From: a virus | DNA: 64,000 bases | Virus record (IMG/VR): IMGVR_UViG_3300025655_000022 | Location: 23,178-87,177 of that record | Direction: 5' to 3' (one strand) | Shown here: positions 21,401 through 31,700 of the stretch, in pieces | How positions within the stretch are numbered: the first letter of the stretch is position 1 | Layout of the letters: the number at the start of each line of letters is the position of its first letter | Translations under genes and position numbers: made by a program | The notes under the pieces: generated by a model | Seen by the model: only the letters and a program-made list of their open reading frames with translations | Database searches by the model: none | Told to the model about the DNA's origin: nothing

Positions 21401-24400
21401 AACACCATTAATATCTACACTAAATGAATCAATGGTTGTGGCTGTATATAGTTCAGTTATATCAAATGTAAGTGTTGATCCATCACCAGACGGTGTTGTT
21501 GTGTTTTTTCTGGTTACGCTAATTTGTGTTCCTGATGCTGGTGCACCATAAAAAATTAACGTTGTGCCAGACAAATAATAACCGGTACTGCTCTGAACAA
21601 CGTCGTTGAACGAAACTGTTAATTGTTCTGCAGCATTGATTTTTAGATCAGTTGACAGATCGTATTGTGTGGTCTGACCGTCTGCTATAAATGTGGCTGT
21701 TTGATTTTGATATACAATCTTTTCATATGCATACACACTTTCGATGCCAGTAGCACTTACATATATCCAGTTTTCATCCTCGCTGATTGCCACAGCCGCA
21801 CCAAACTCTTGAGATTGGTCGCCTTGATCTGATACCGGAAGTGTCAAGTACTGCCAATTTTGGAAAATGTCCTGGCTTGGATTTCTATAAATTACAGTAG
21901 CCAAACCTTGGCCACTGATACTCAAGCTGGCGCCAGCTACACCCCAGTTTTTAGAAATTGCCACAGCGTTTCCATAACCCTGTGCTTTGTTCGAATCCAG
22001 GGTCAACACACTATCAAATACATATGTGTTGGCGTCTTTGTTGTAACAATAGACACCGCCGCTGGCATTCTGTCTGTCGGTATAATTAGTAGCACCAATT
22101 ATAGCACCATAACCATCAAGTGCTTGCGCTAGACTTATTCCAAAATTGTAACTATCAGTAGCACCAGGCGCAGTAGTATTTTGTTCTAAACTAAACGGTA
22201 CCTTTTTCTCATACACTTTCCATTTGCCGTTTATGTCAGCATCAACCCAAACTTTATCGCCCTGGATTAAATTACTATTATATTCTGTGTTTGCAATATC
22301 ACTTGCTTGATCGACTCTGGCTGTAGTAAGTTTGAATACAATCCCATTTCCTGTTGCAACTGATGTGCTTCCTGCAAGTGACCCAGCCACAGTAACCGAT
22401 TTTGTGTCTTCGATTGTTAGAATTTGATGGGCGCCATTGACCGTATCGTCAAAATATTTGATAATTATTAGTTCATCTCTATGTAAATCAACAGTCAAAT
22501 CAAATTCCAGTGTCAGTGTTCCATTAAGGTTATCGATCACTGACACAAGTTTTGGATTGTCTTCACGAACTCGATAGTCAATTGTTGTTGGCTCATCGGG
22601 ATACACAAACATTGATTGTGATCTTAATAAGCTACAACGATAAACATCCCAATTATATTTGTTAGATTTAACAACCCACACATATGCGCCATCGCGAACT
22701 TTGTCTAATTGTTCTGTTAAGGATGTTAAATCATCAAGATTAAAAATTGAAACATCTATATCATCACTGTTGACATATCCTGCACTAGGAAATGAAACGT
22801 CGGTTATAACTTCTGTTAATTCTGGAAAAATGTTTGTGGTTGTATTTTTGTTGCTTTGTTTATAGATATTATCGATCTGAACCAATTGATCTGCAACAGT
22901 ATCTACACCTAATGTATTGACTTCAATAATACTAGGATTGGTTTTAATTAGTTGCTCATCTAATGAAAATTCCACAAATCGCTTGTTATCATTTGCACCA
23001 TAAGTTGCACGCTTGATAGCCCAGTTTTCATAAATGTTATATTCGGCCAGATCTTTATCAAAAGTTACACCTTGAAATAATTTAACGCTCGATGGTGTTC
23101 CTTTATGATTGACAAGATCGCCATATATGTTGATTTGACTTAAATCACTAATGTTAAGACTTTCCAAATAATCTCGGGGGCGGAATCCGGTAATTCCAAA
23201 TGCAAGCAAATCAACATCGCTTTCCAGGTTAGCAGTTGTGTTATTATAGTATTTTGTCATTTGATCAGCTTTATTGCTGATATTAGGGAGCATTCCTTTG
23301 TTGATTAAATCATAATCAACTTTAATCCAGTCGTCGTATTCAAATGTTTCTGTTGGTTGTAATTTTTCAAATGCCGACCAATATGAATTTTTATATTTGA
23401 CAATGTCGCCTTTGTTGTAATTTACATTAGCGTTCCAATCAGATACATTATCCTGATTGATAATAAATCCTTGAGCATCTAGTTGCCCGTTCCATTCAAA
23501 TGTGGTAAATCCATCAATTTTGATTCGTTGTTGTCTGAGACCAGTTACTGGCTGATATATCAGATCATTAAAGATGCTAACATTGTCCATGATCAACAGA
23601 TGTTCGTAGCTGGTGCTTCTCAATCTCAAGTAACTTAATGATTTGTCAGCCAACATGACCAGTTTGAATTGATTATCCAACCGAACAACTGAGAAATCAT
23701 CTGATTTTAATGGCTGTCTGTTCTGATCAAGCGGACGTTCATTAATTGCCAGATTATTTAAATTATCGACTACTGATAATGGACGCTGGTGTTTTAATAC
23801 ACTTGCTGAAGGGTTGATGTTGATTAAACTTCCGGCAACCCAGTTCTGGTCAGCCCAGTAAACAAACTCTTGTGCCATTTGCGTCCAGGTTAGGATAATA
23901 TTGTTTTCAACATCATCAAATGTCATGCCAGCTGCTTCTAGAAAAGCACCATAACTCACTAAGAAATCAACAACACTGTTAATACTTGCAAATGTATATC
24001 CATAAGGAACACGAACTACTCTGGAAGTAAACTTAGTTGGGATCCTTATTCTGGTTGTCCCTACTGTGATTGTTTCAAAGTCTCCGCTGGTGGAACTTTC
24101 TAGAATACGGAAATATGCTTCTGTCTGACTATTACCATACACTGCATATCCATTTTCTGTGCGTTGAATCATTACACTGGAAAACTGAATATCAGCAAAC
24201 GACTGATTTTTGTAAAGCAACAGATCATAACTTTCATCAGGTATTAGCAGACTTGTGTTAGAACTATCTGGGCTGCTCTTGTCTGTGAAGATTTTAAGAT
24301 ATTTTTTATCTGTGAATGCCCCCATGCGATATGCAAGTCTGACATCTAGCTCAGATATTTCAGTTTTTAAACCATCGGTATCAGGTATTCCAGTACTACG

Positions 24401-27400
24401 GTTATATTCAGCAATCCAGTCGATATAACTGTGCTTTGGCGTTGTATTATTGTAAACATCAATGGTTCTGACATCCAATCGGTATCGTCCAGCGTAAGCA
24501 TATTGACCTAATGTGGTGCCATATGTGTATGAATCTCTGTCTATGCCCAGTGCAAAATATTCAGCTGGTTTTGTTAGAGCAAACAATTTTTGCACAGCAA
24601 ACGGCCAAGAGCTTGAACGTCTCCATGCATTTTCTGCCGGACCAACGTCTCCGGCAATCCAGCTTTTCTTAAAATCACTCTGGTTATAACTTGCAACTAT
24701 AAATTCAAATGGATTTTTTAGTTGGCCTTCGCTATCTACAGGAATGATAGATGATAAACCAGTACGAGCATATCTGCTATCATATGTATCAGTACCTCTG
24801 ATATATCCGGCTTCTAGATCATCCCATAAAATTTGGTTTCCTGAAGTATATGGTGCTGGACCATATTCTGTTTCCCACCATGATGGTTGTTCACTAAATC
24901 CAAGCATTTCCCAGGGATTGGTGTGTGGGCGATCAGTGTCATAATAATTTTTATATATTCCTCTCCAGTTTCCTTTGAGCGGAGTATTGTCCAGTGCAGA
25001 TCCGGCCCGGCCATAATTCCAGGTCCATTCATTAGCAGAAGAATAATTCTGAGTCTTGTAATCAATTTTATGCCAACCTACCCAGTTCAATAACTCTGCG
25101 GAAAGAATTTCAGTAATTTCTGCATCAGTATAGTCTGTGTTTCTGAACTTTCCAGGCAATACATCACTTAGTACGATTGGAATATCTGGATTGACTTTTA
25201 TGTTATTGTATATTCTTTTTTCAAATTCTAAAAGTACATAATCTCGTACGTCATTAAACCCGATGTATATACTACCATCGTGTCCCTGGATTACAGTCTG
25301 ATCCTCGACATAGGTGTTATCAACATATATCTTAGGTTCATATTTTGGATATAAGCCCATTTTGGTTGGAGTTTCAGGAATAAAATTACCCAATGTAGAC
25401 GAATATTCTCTGACTTTTAAAAGATCTCCAGTTTGTGTTTGTGTTAAAATAGTAATTCTGGGACCATCAGTCTCCACAGAATAATCATAATCTTTGAGTA
25501 ATAATGTGTCGTTCAGATAAACCAGTAGTCCCTGCTGGTTGGCTGATGTAAAATCATATACATTGTTTGTATTAAACGTTCCGGTCGTTATCGGTGTAAT
25601 CTGATGAATGGTCTCAACATAGTTACTACCTGTAGGAATCATGTCGCTCCAGAAGAATGTGGAATCATTGGATTTACCAGAATTAATTTCAGTCAGTGCG
25701 GCATCGAGAATTTCACCATGAGTCATACCATAGGTGTCATTGTTATTAACCCAATCCAGTATCAAGTATTTGATTTTTTCGTATTGTGTGCCAACGTACT
25801 GTAATGCACCAAAGAGATCGTACTTTTCTTTGCGCAGGAAAAATGCCGCGGGCGTTACTGGGGCCGAGTGTTGGACAATGATATCTCCATAATGACTAAT
25901 GTCTCCCAGATCACGCAAGTTATTGGCACCATTAATAATACCATCAAATGCAATAATATTTTCGGCCAAACGATTGAAATGGTTTCTGACTGTTCCCAGA
26001 GTTATTGTGTTAGCATTTTCATTGAACGGATTGCTTTCCAGGCTATTGGGAATTTCGTAATATCCAATACCACTGGCCTCGTCGCTAATAATTTTAACCT
26101 GCACCATTGTGCCTGCAGATACTGTATTTGGTTTAAATGTAACTGTGGCTGGTGAATTAACTGTGACTATGTAATTGTCTGGGTCAATGAACTGGTTGTT
26201 TGCATATACTTTTATTCCAGGCACTGTGATATCAGTTCTGGGTGCAATATCCAGCAACAATGGTTTACCCTGATACTCGAATGTGAATACCTGGCGTTGC
26301 CAGTTACGGTCAACACTAGTTGTCCAACCAATTTTGTTTTCGTATTCTGTTCTGGATGAATATTTTCTTACAAATCCATCACTGACTTGTTTTTGAGTTC
26401 GTGTACTATTATTTGCATACACGAACGTGTCCGAATATTGATTGTTTTCAAATACAATATCACCCAGATTGTCGATGTTTAGATATGTTAGAGGAAAACC
26501 TAATACAGGATCATTTCTGCCTGATCCTTGCTTATAAGAAAATAATTTACTTCCGGTGAATGTGTTACTTGGGTAGGCTGCCATATCTCCAAAACTATAC
26601 CCATTGCTATCAAAAACATCAAACAATGGAGCCTGGTTGGTCTGTGTCTTTTGTTGTGCTTCAATCCACGCAGTCCCGGTATACCTGAACATCTTCCCTT
26701 GTAAAGTATTACCGCTCAGACATAGCACAGTGTCGTCTGTAACAACTTGTGTATCGTCGGCCGGAACCAGGTTTATGATATTCCCATATTCTGTACTGAG
26801 ATCATCAGGATCAACAATTTGTACAGTGTAGATTCGATTGCGCACAGATGCATTACTGTCGGCGGCAAAAATTATTCTGGTACCATTGATTAATTGATAT
26901 CCATCAACAAAATATCCAGTACTTCCGTTAACGTTTGATAATGCATCTACCTGTGTTAAATCAATTATGTCCACAGGTTGTTTTGCTTGTGTGCCATGAT
27001 TAAACAATCTTAATCCAGCATTAAATTCAATAATGGGGCGTTTGGCTTGCAGATCGCTATCAAAATTTGCGACACTGTTGTTGTATTCTGCGGTGGCTAG
27101 AATTACATCTCGATGGAACCAACGATTGTAGCGACTCCAGGCATTTGAGTCTGCTGAGTTTCTTTTGATTGTCAGATAATCAGGATCTAAAGGAGAATTA
27201 AAACTGCCATCAAATCCCAGCGTATCGAATGGTGATAAATCAAACAACTCTGAATCTGTGTTAACAAATGTTTCCGGGGTAACCAACTCTGAAACTGGAA
27301 TCAATTCAATGCTGTGACCTACACCTTCTACAATGTATTCATTGTTTTGATAAAAACTGGGCTCAGTTACACTTGCAAATCTTATTTTTAATCCGTTGGT

Positions 27401-28735
27401 AAACACTACTCCATTTGGACTGGTATAGGTTTGTTTTCCAAGAATATCATCGACATTGATGACTGCATCAGATTCTGGATCTACCAGTTGAATAACACCG
27501 AAACGCAGAGGATTCACACCATCCTGATAGTATAAAATGTTATCAAGGGCAGTTAGTTGAGGAATTTTTTCAAAGAATCCAGATGCGTTTTTATAATACT
27601 GAACGTTGCTGTATTCTGCACCACTGCCAATCTTAAACTTATCATTAATATTAATATCACTAATTTTGACCAGTTTTATAAATGTACTGCCGTTTAGTTC
27701 TACATAAGTGATTCTGTATAATCCATACCTCTCATCTTGATCGGTAATGTATCTGGTGGGTTCAAATACAATTTCAGGATATGGAGCACCCTGATCAAAT
27801 CTGGACGAATCATATGGAGTATAATCAACCCAACCCAGATCTTCGGGATCACCTGCCTGCGTATTCAAAAATACCAGCGTCTTGCCTTCAAGATCAGTAA
27901 TACCATCAATGTTATCTACCAAAGAAACCAATCTGTTGTGAATGCTATCAAATCTGTCCATGGTAGCCAGATCTATTGTGCCAATATTATTAAGACCATA
28001 ATAAAAATTTTGATCGGTTGATTTTGGAACATTAAACGTAACTGTGCCTACATCATCACCGTTATTGACTACGCCTAGTACATCACGGCTACTTAAATTA
28101 GGCGAAAAGTTAAGTGTGCCATCTGTGCCTGATTCTGATTGAATCCAGAATGGATTTCCTGGTTGATTAACATTAAATGTGTATGACCCACCTCTGACCA
28201 ATGTAATAGTTGGGTTATCACCAACCAATCCACTTATACCATAATAACTTTCCTCAGTAGCAGATACATCAAAATCATCAATCAATGCAGCACTTCCAAC
28301 ATTCACATCAACTGCATCTGGGCCGGTAGGAATCCAATAATACTGGCTGTAATTGATGAATTTATCAAAATCAATATTTGGATCCCAGCTATACGTCTGA
28401 CTGGCAAACAATCTGTCTGCACGAGATGTGTTTGCTCCTTTAACATCAAGAGCATCTAGCATGCCAACATATGTCATTGCATCTGTGACATTTCCATCAT
28501 TGTCTTTGAATGCGACAGCTGGTTCAAATTGATAATTTGCACGCTGTAATGATGGTTCTAGAACATAACCATCGTTAAAGTTAGTACCAGGCCCGAATCT
28601 ACGGCCAACGTAACCTTGTGTACGTTTTAGCTTTGGTTGTTGAATTAGCTGATCAAGGGTAGCACCAAGAAATTCCCGATTTGCATCGGTTTTGAAAATT
28701 TCAGGCAAAAAGTCAACTGATCTGATGCGTGCCAT
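15494..28735 (-). CDS. Giant (4413 aa) baseplate wedge/structural protein
   Basis: Single uninterrupted ORF after the gp6-like gene. Contains FG-GAP-like repeats, GDG-x-T repeats and EAKPYHVKI. Confidence 0.7.
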   Translation of the reverse strand: MARIRSVDFLPEIFKTDANREFLGATLDQLIQQPKLKRTQGYVGRRFGPGTNFNDGYVLEPSLQRANYQFEPAVAFKDNDGNVTDAMTYVGMLDALDVKGANTSRADRLFASQTYSWDPNIDFDKFINYSQYYWIPTGPDAVDVNVGSAALIDDFDVSATEESYYGISGLVGDNPTITLVRGGSYTFNVNQPGNPFWIQSESGTDGTLNFSPNLSSRDVLGVVNNGDDVGTVTFNVPKSTDQNFYYGLNNIGTIDLATMDRFDSIHNRLVSLVDNIDGITDLEGKTLVFLNTQAGDPEDLGWVDYTPYDSSRFDQGAPYPEIVFEPTRYITDQDERYGLYRITYVELNGSTFIKLVKISDININDKFKIGSGAEYSNVQYYKNASGFFEKIPQLTALDNILYYQDGVNPLRFGVIQLVDPESDAVINVDDILGKQTYTSPNGVVFTNGLKIRFASVTEPSFYQNNEYIVEGVGHSIELIPVSELVTPETFVNTDSELFDLSPFDTLGFDGSFNSPLDPDYLTIKRNSADSNAWSRYNRWFHRDVILATAEYNNSVANFDSDLQAKRPIIEFNAGLRLFNHGTQAKQPVDIIDLTQVDALSNVNGSTGYFVDGYQLINGTRIIFAADSNASVRNRIYTVQIVDPDDLSTEYGNIINLVPADDTQVVTDDTVLCLSGNTLQGKMFRYTGTAWIEAQQKTQTNQAPLFDVFDSNGYSFGDMAAYPSNTFTGSKLFSYKQGSGRNDPVLGFPLTYLNIDNLGDIVFENNQYSDTFVYANNSTRTQKQVSDGFVRKYSSRTEYENKIGWTTSVDRNWQRQVFTFEYQGKPLLLDIAPRTDITVPGIKVYANNQFIDPDNYIVTVNSPATVTFKPNTVSAGTMVQVKIISDEASGIGYYEIPNSLESNPFNENANTITLGTVRNHFNRLAENIIAFDGIINGANNLRDLGDISHYGDIIVQHSAPVTPAAFFLRKEKYDLFGALQYVGTQYEKIKYLILDWVNNNDTYGMTHGEILDAALTEINSGKSNDSTFFWSDMIPTGSNYVETIHQITPITTGTFNTNNVYDFTSANQQGLLVYLNDTLLLKDYDYSVETDGPRITILTQTQTGDLLKVREYSSTLGNFIPETPTKMGLYPKYEPKIYVDNTYVEDQTVIQGHDGSIYIGFNDVRDYVLLEFEKRIYNNIKVNPDIPIVLSDVLPGKFRNTDYTDAEITEILSAELLNWVGWHKIDYKTQNYSSANEWTWNYGRAGSALDNTPLKGNWRGIYKNYYDTDRPHTNPWEMLGFSEQPSWWETEYGPAPYTSGNQILWDDLEAGYIRGTDTYDSRYARTGLSSIIPVDSEGQLKNPFEFIVASYNQSDFKKSWIAGDVGPAENAWRRSSSWPFAVQKLFALTKPAEYFALGIDRDSYTYGTTLGQYAYAGRYRLDVRTIDVYNNTTPKHSYIDWIAEYNRSTGIPDTDGLKTEISELDVRLAYRMGAFTDKKYLKIFTDKSSPDSSNTSLLIPDESYDLLLYKNQSFADIQFSSVMIQRTENGYAVYGNSQTEAYFRILESSTSGDFETITVGTTRIRIPTKFTSRVVRVPYGYTFASINSVVDFLVSYGAFLEAAGMTFDDVENNIILTWTQMAQEFVYWADQNWVAGSLININPSASVLKHQRPLSVVDNLNNLAINERPLDQNRQPLKSDDFSVVRLDNQFKLVMLADKSLSYLRLRSTSYEHLLIMDNVSIFNDLIYQPVTGLRQQRIKIDGFTTFEWNGQLDAQGFIINQDNVSDWNANVNYNKGDIVKYKNSYWSAFEKLQPTETFEYDDWIKVDYDLINKGMLPNISNKADQMTKYYNNTTANLESDVDLLAFGITGFRPRDYLESLNISDLSQINIYGDLVNHKGTPSSVKLFQGVTFDKDLAEYNIYENWAIKRATYGANDNKRFVEFSLDEQLIKTNPSIIEVNTLGVDTVADQLVQIDNIYKQSNKNTTTNIFPELTEVITDVSFPSAGYVNSDDIDVSIFNLDDLTSLTEQLDKVRDGAYVWVVKSNKYNWDVYRCSLLRSQSMFVYPDEPTTIDYRVREDNPKLVSVIDNLNGTLTLEFDLTVDLHRDELIIIKYFDDTVNGAHQILTIEDTKSVTVAGSLAGSTSVATGNGIVFKLTTARVDQASDIANTEYNSNLIQGDKVWVDADINGKWKVYEKKVPFSLEQNTTAPGATDSYNFGISLAQALDGYGAIIGATNYTDRQNASGGVYCYNKDANTYVFDSVLTLDSNKAQGYGNAVAISKNWGVAGASLSISGQGLATVIYRNPSQDIFQNWQYLTLPVSDQGDQSQEFGAAVAISEDENWIYVSATGIESVYAYEKIVYQNQTATFIADGQTTQYDLSTDLKINAAEQLTVSFNDVVQSSTGYYLSGTTLIFYGAPASGTQISVTRKNTTTPSGDGSTLTFDITELYTATTIDSFSVDINGVLLRPYYDYTFNDSTKEITFTVAPSSGTIISIRAQDYFRYVGKISRSSNEDFGRSVKTTSDGQQVIIGAPDATNIVDGEIQSFAGKTYVYERIVERFVVTNKNTLRYPTRRSIDAVNAVRINRVKQINSINNVDSNYSIDIGSNSITVDASTVLNTGDLIDIDVNQFQLVQTLTAEKSNQSAYFGSALGVCRTDCSVYVSSPKDNTLLPEAGSVARFVSRTRVFGYIDSTVVNPSVTVGETIRIDNIDVQFTGTSLNQIVSDINSAVIPNVQASIVDNKLRISNININESPLLSKMTVMPGQGTAFETLGLQPYELTQTIVSPRPEEYSEFGSSIHVDYSATNLVVGAKKSSAFIPIVFDSSNTTFDSNTTNLSDVVPDSGAVFTFDLLPSSNYNVPGKFVFGQQIFSPDVKELDGFGTAVDFTDNLLLVTSPGYDTALTNIGRLTIFASSTGSAAWQPIQEQPTKVDHRLIDAVYIYDANTQAVKAYLDFIDPVNGKILGAAQQNIDIIGAVDPASYSVNNNGTYWAASQTGTIWWDTTNARFVNYNQQDLVYSSKNWGTLADGSSVDVYEWIESSVPPAQYTGTGTVKDINQYTVISGLDQTRTITTRYYFWVKDYTTVNRKLGKTLSATAIASYIQNPQSSGIPYAAMMRKNVVALYNVNEYVDESNSILHIEYNQNFNENKVFVEYDLIREQRPKDFLSDSIYRKLQDSFCGTDTLGNKVPDIGLSPDDRYGVEFRPRRSLFVDRLAALKIYITNANLLLAQQPYAELTAFNILSSKDPIPSSSSGAYDDRVADLSELSYQNLQLVGSGYRILVESDSSNNGLWTIYQVQADLSLMLIRVQNYNTTKYWDYTDWYADGYNSLSKPSRIVSTYSELLALTVPDDTLVKVNVNSTGNWELYNYNSTSGWTRVGTQRGTIRLSDALWDYANTGFYGFDVEIFDAQYFDQEPVIETRQIIKAINEELFVGNSIAQRNQLLVMMFNYILSEQGSIDWLFKTSLIDVEHKVRNLEKYNVYRKDNQTFVQNYIEEAKPYHVKIKDFLLKYEGIDLYDGSATDFDNPAAYDSVYEKYVSPILDDGFAALETDPSNRLSTDSVWDTIPWSDWYDNHLLAVDEIVITNAGSGYTVPPTVNIIGDATQPAQAVALINSVGQVTEIQISTAGYGYRTTPIIEITGGNGTGARTTVYMKNDLVRNIKTTIKYDRYEYQSQIVDWTPDTVYNEDQLVRYNDRVYRVSLADGSSIQESTFDPENYELVNASTLSGVDRTTGFYVADVNNPGLDLALLIDGIDYPGVQVQSTNFSDNTGYDIGNFDITPFDNIDYGPEGLPTYSDAILDTEYSSLFTDIYIGTRAEDINVDGGAFIDEYSSHAPEELVPGAIFDTLDMTVRTRPGHDYTGNGHASQIKGISYVYDGGDTFSFAGIVEHPVELVVFNGTTGDRLYNNRNYTINWVNRTITVTSGVSSGQVVKIYVYEIGGGHQIFRKNYIGDKIGNRITVPVDVNDIDQALILINGIETTAYSYSETVVGETEFIFSTTYTGNDFIVVTLFGEQILESDSSLIDYGYSYPETEIFVSDGTTSSFIISGNIESSARDNIIVELNGRRLRPSEGIRHIGDGTTVEFYFPDGIRTGTDQTLIADSEVVVYINNQKKTLGSDYAVSLNDESSERYVIMSVTPDAGDTVDVYVTGSADYTVNNINNELKIVSSGIVLSAGDVIAVTTFRDIRQQDALTVVYQGPKVIELPVSEGMDVFGFDSVPFDYTIGVDSTVNIFELYRTIENADRIWVTLNGRRLTAGEDFVLSNDGTAILLSGGAISSIDVVAITTFTNSVVPDELSFRIFNDMRGNAAVYRIIRDNTTELVQDLEPWHDTVYVDDASKLGEPNLPAGIFGVVNINGERITYRTRDTINNTISGLRRGTAGTATQRHAASSSVQDQSRGSVLRHPYNLIWYITNGIALQKQQTTPARFFRGE

Positions 28736-28738
28736 TTA

Positions 28739-31700
28739 TTAAATTACTCCACTGTTACTGGTCAATCTTAACTGACTGGATGTCAGTGAATTAACCACTT
28801 GAACGTCATTTACGGTTGCTGCACTAACAAAAATTTCATTAGCCGCAGATTTGATTTCATATAAATTACCAAATTCTTTTGAGGTATCTTTTGGCAACAA
28901 TATCACAGAGCCCAAGATTCCACCCAATTGTTCATGAATATATGCCGATAGTTCGGAAAAATAGAATGTTTCACCAAAGTCCCAGTTATCAATATTAAAG
29001 TATTGGTTAATTGTTTCGATAACACGACTTTTAATTTCGCTTGTGCTGACCACACTGTTTTCAAGTTTAACTACCTTGATAGTGGCTTGCAATGCGGTGT
29101 TTGCTTTGTCACCAAACAACGGTTTAAATTTAACACTATTGAACACCATGTTATCACTTACCATTTTGTAATCATTCAAGGATTCATATGATGTTGTTAA
29201 TTCATCAATGGTGGGTACGTCTGGTTCAAGAACTGTTCCAGTGGTATCCTGAATATATCTTTGATAGTTAGCATAGTACTCTGAAGTAACCAAATATACA
29301 TCAATAATATTGGTCGACCCTGGGTTAATTCTTCTGGAATCTGGACTGTTGTGTCTGTATTGATAAATTAATCCCCCGCGACCAGTGCGAACAATATAAT
29401 CAGTGACTTGCGTTACTGTTCTGACATTAGCAGCAGTTACTGACAACTCAAAAAATTGCTGCTCAGTGGTGGCATAAAATACCTGTCCATCACTATATTC
29501 ATATTTGGCAAGATTGATTGCATCTTGTGTCGGGTATACAGATACTACTGTTCCTTCTGCCAGCGGAACATACCGTTCCAGGTTATCAAAATCTATGGTT
29601 CTTTGGAAAAATGTTAGTTTTTGTGTCGGACTGACATCCGATGCCACAATCAAATCAAAAAAGTCTGGGTCATCTGGAACATTATCATTATCAGTATCTG
29701 ACCAGCTGACTTCAACATTAAAGTCGTTTACAAATCCATCAGTTTCTACAGTTTGTCCTACGATGTCCAGAACTATATCACCAGCAAGTGGGATGTGCGT
29801 ATCTGGCTGGTTGTTGGTTCTGAGTATTTTAATATAGTCATTGATTAGTTTACCAGTCTTTGGATCAAAAATCAGTTGATTGTCATCATAAAAAAATCTG
29901 GTTTGAACAATACTTGAGAAGAAGTATTTTAGCCCTCTGAATGTAACAGTATATGATGTGCCATCACTCGTAAACTTTGCTAGCCAACTAGAATCTAATC
30001 CTGTGCCGGACGTATCTTGTGCATATGTTTGTGCATACGAACCATTTTGGTTTAGATTGGATGATGTTATCAGATACCAGCTGTTGGTTGCATTATCGAA
30101 TCCTATGCCAAAACTTCTGTACAATTCAATCTGAGCAATCATGGATTGCTCTAAACTTGTTGGTAAATCTGATGTAAAATCAGGTATCACAACAGATGCA
30201 ATTGCGCCAGTTGGCACATAATTGTTTAATGTTACTGGACCCACACCGTTGCTATCATTCCCATTGCCGGCATTTGTGCCATCATTCAGTAGCTCTCGTA
30301 TGCTTGCCCAGATATAAGTCTTATCACCAGGTTGACTGGCAGATCCAGTTTGTAATCTGTTGTTCTTATCAAAATATTGACCAGTGGGTGGTACAAATTT
30401 TATTAAACAGCGGGGGGTTAAATATTGTTTTGCTCCATCAAGAGCGGCACCAATTGCAATCGGAGAACCAATGTTGTTCTTAAAATATCCAGTGGTTTCA
30501 TTCACAAGACTGGTACTGAATTGCCAGAACAAACCAGCTGATGTTAGGCTAAATCGATCAAAATTATCATAGTAAAACTGAAGCATACTTCTGGAAGCTA
30601 ACTGTGGTTCAACATCGTTTCGAATAACATTTTCAATGTCATTGACATCCACAAAAGTAAATCCAATCGTGTCAGATGTTTGATCGCGATGGATCATCCC
30701 GTCGTCACCGAACGTATTGATACTGGAATATTTTCCAGTTGGATCAATCAAATCCAGATATCTGCTGGCACCGATGTTTGATCTGTTGACTGCCTTGCTC
30801 TTGATGATTGTGTTAAACTGAGCATAGGGAAAATTATTATAATCTTCGCCATTGACCATTCTGTTTTGCGTATAAAATCTGGCTGGTGCTCTGCGTTTGA
30901 TATCAAGTAGTGCTTCTCTTGATCGACTGTTTGAAATATTTTCCTGTAATCCCAGCGTGAATGTTGCTGTTTCTAATCTGCCTTTGCGACTGACGTAAGT
31001 TAAGCCAACACTTACACTCTGAATTTCGTTGGGATTAATTACATATTCCAAACCATTACTACTGCGTACATAACTTCTGAATGTACCAACTGGTACCTCA
31101 CTGAACACGCCATCACCAAAATTTAGTGTGATCTGATCTGAGTTTCTGGAATCCACACTGAAAAACTTTCTGCCATTAGCACTATTTTGGTTTTGATTTG
31201 TGTAGATATTATCTACTTGTGTCCAGGTTTCTGTTATGTCACCACTGGACGGGTTTATTTTGTATAACCAAATGTCATTATTATTAACACCATTGATATT
31301 GATATCAACTGTTCTGTTATCAATTTTTTCAGGTAAATTGAATTCTCTTGTCTGCAATGTGCCTTGCTTGAAATAGAAAAAATATCCAGTATTTGAACTA
31401 CCAAATCCAAGACCATCATTACGATAAAGAATGTTTAAGTCGCCACCTGGTTGTGGTTGTGGTTCATAGATATAAGTTTTATCCACACTTGATCCACTGA
31501 CAACCTCAAACGGCATGCTAACTCCATCCACAGTTGTTGTAAACGGAATAACTGGCAAAAATCCTGGTGCTAGGTTAATTGTGTATTCACTGGTAGCAAT
31601 ACCTAAAATATCCTGTGTATTTCCTGGTTTACCAACACTCTGACTATTCACCATAATAGCATTCAAAATCGTTCTGAACTGTTCTTGCCAATCGTTGTTA

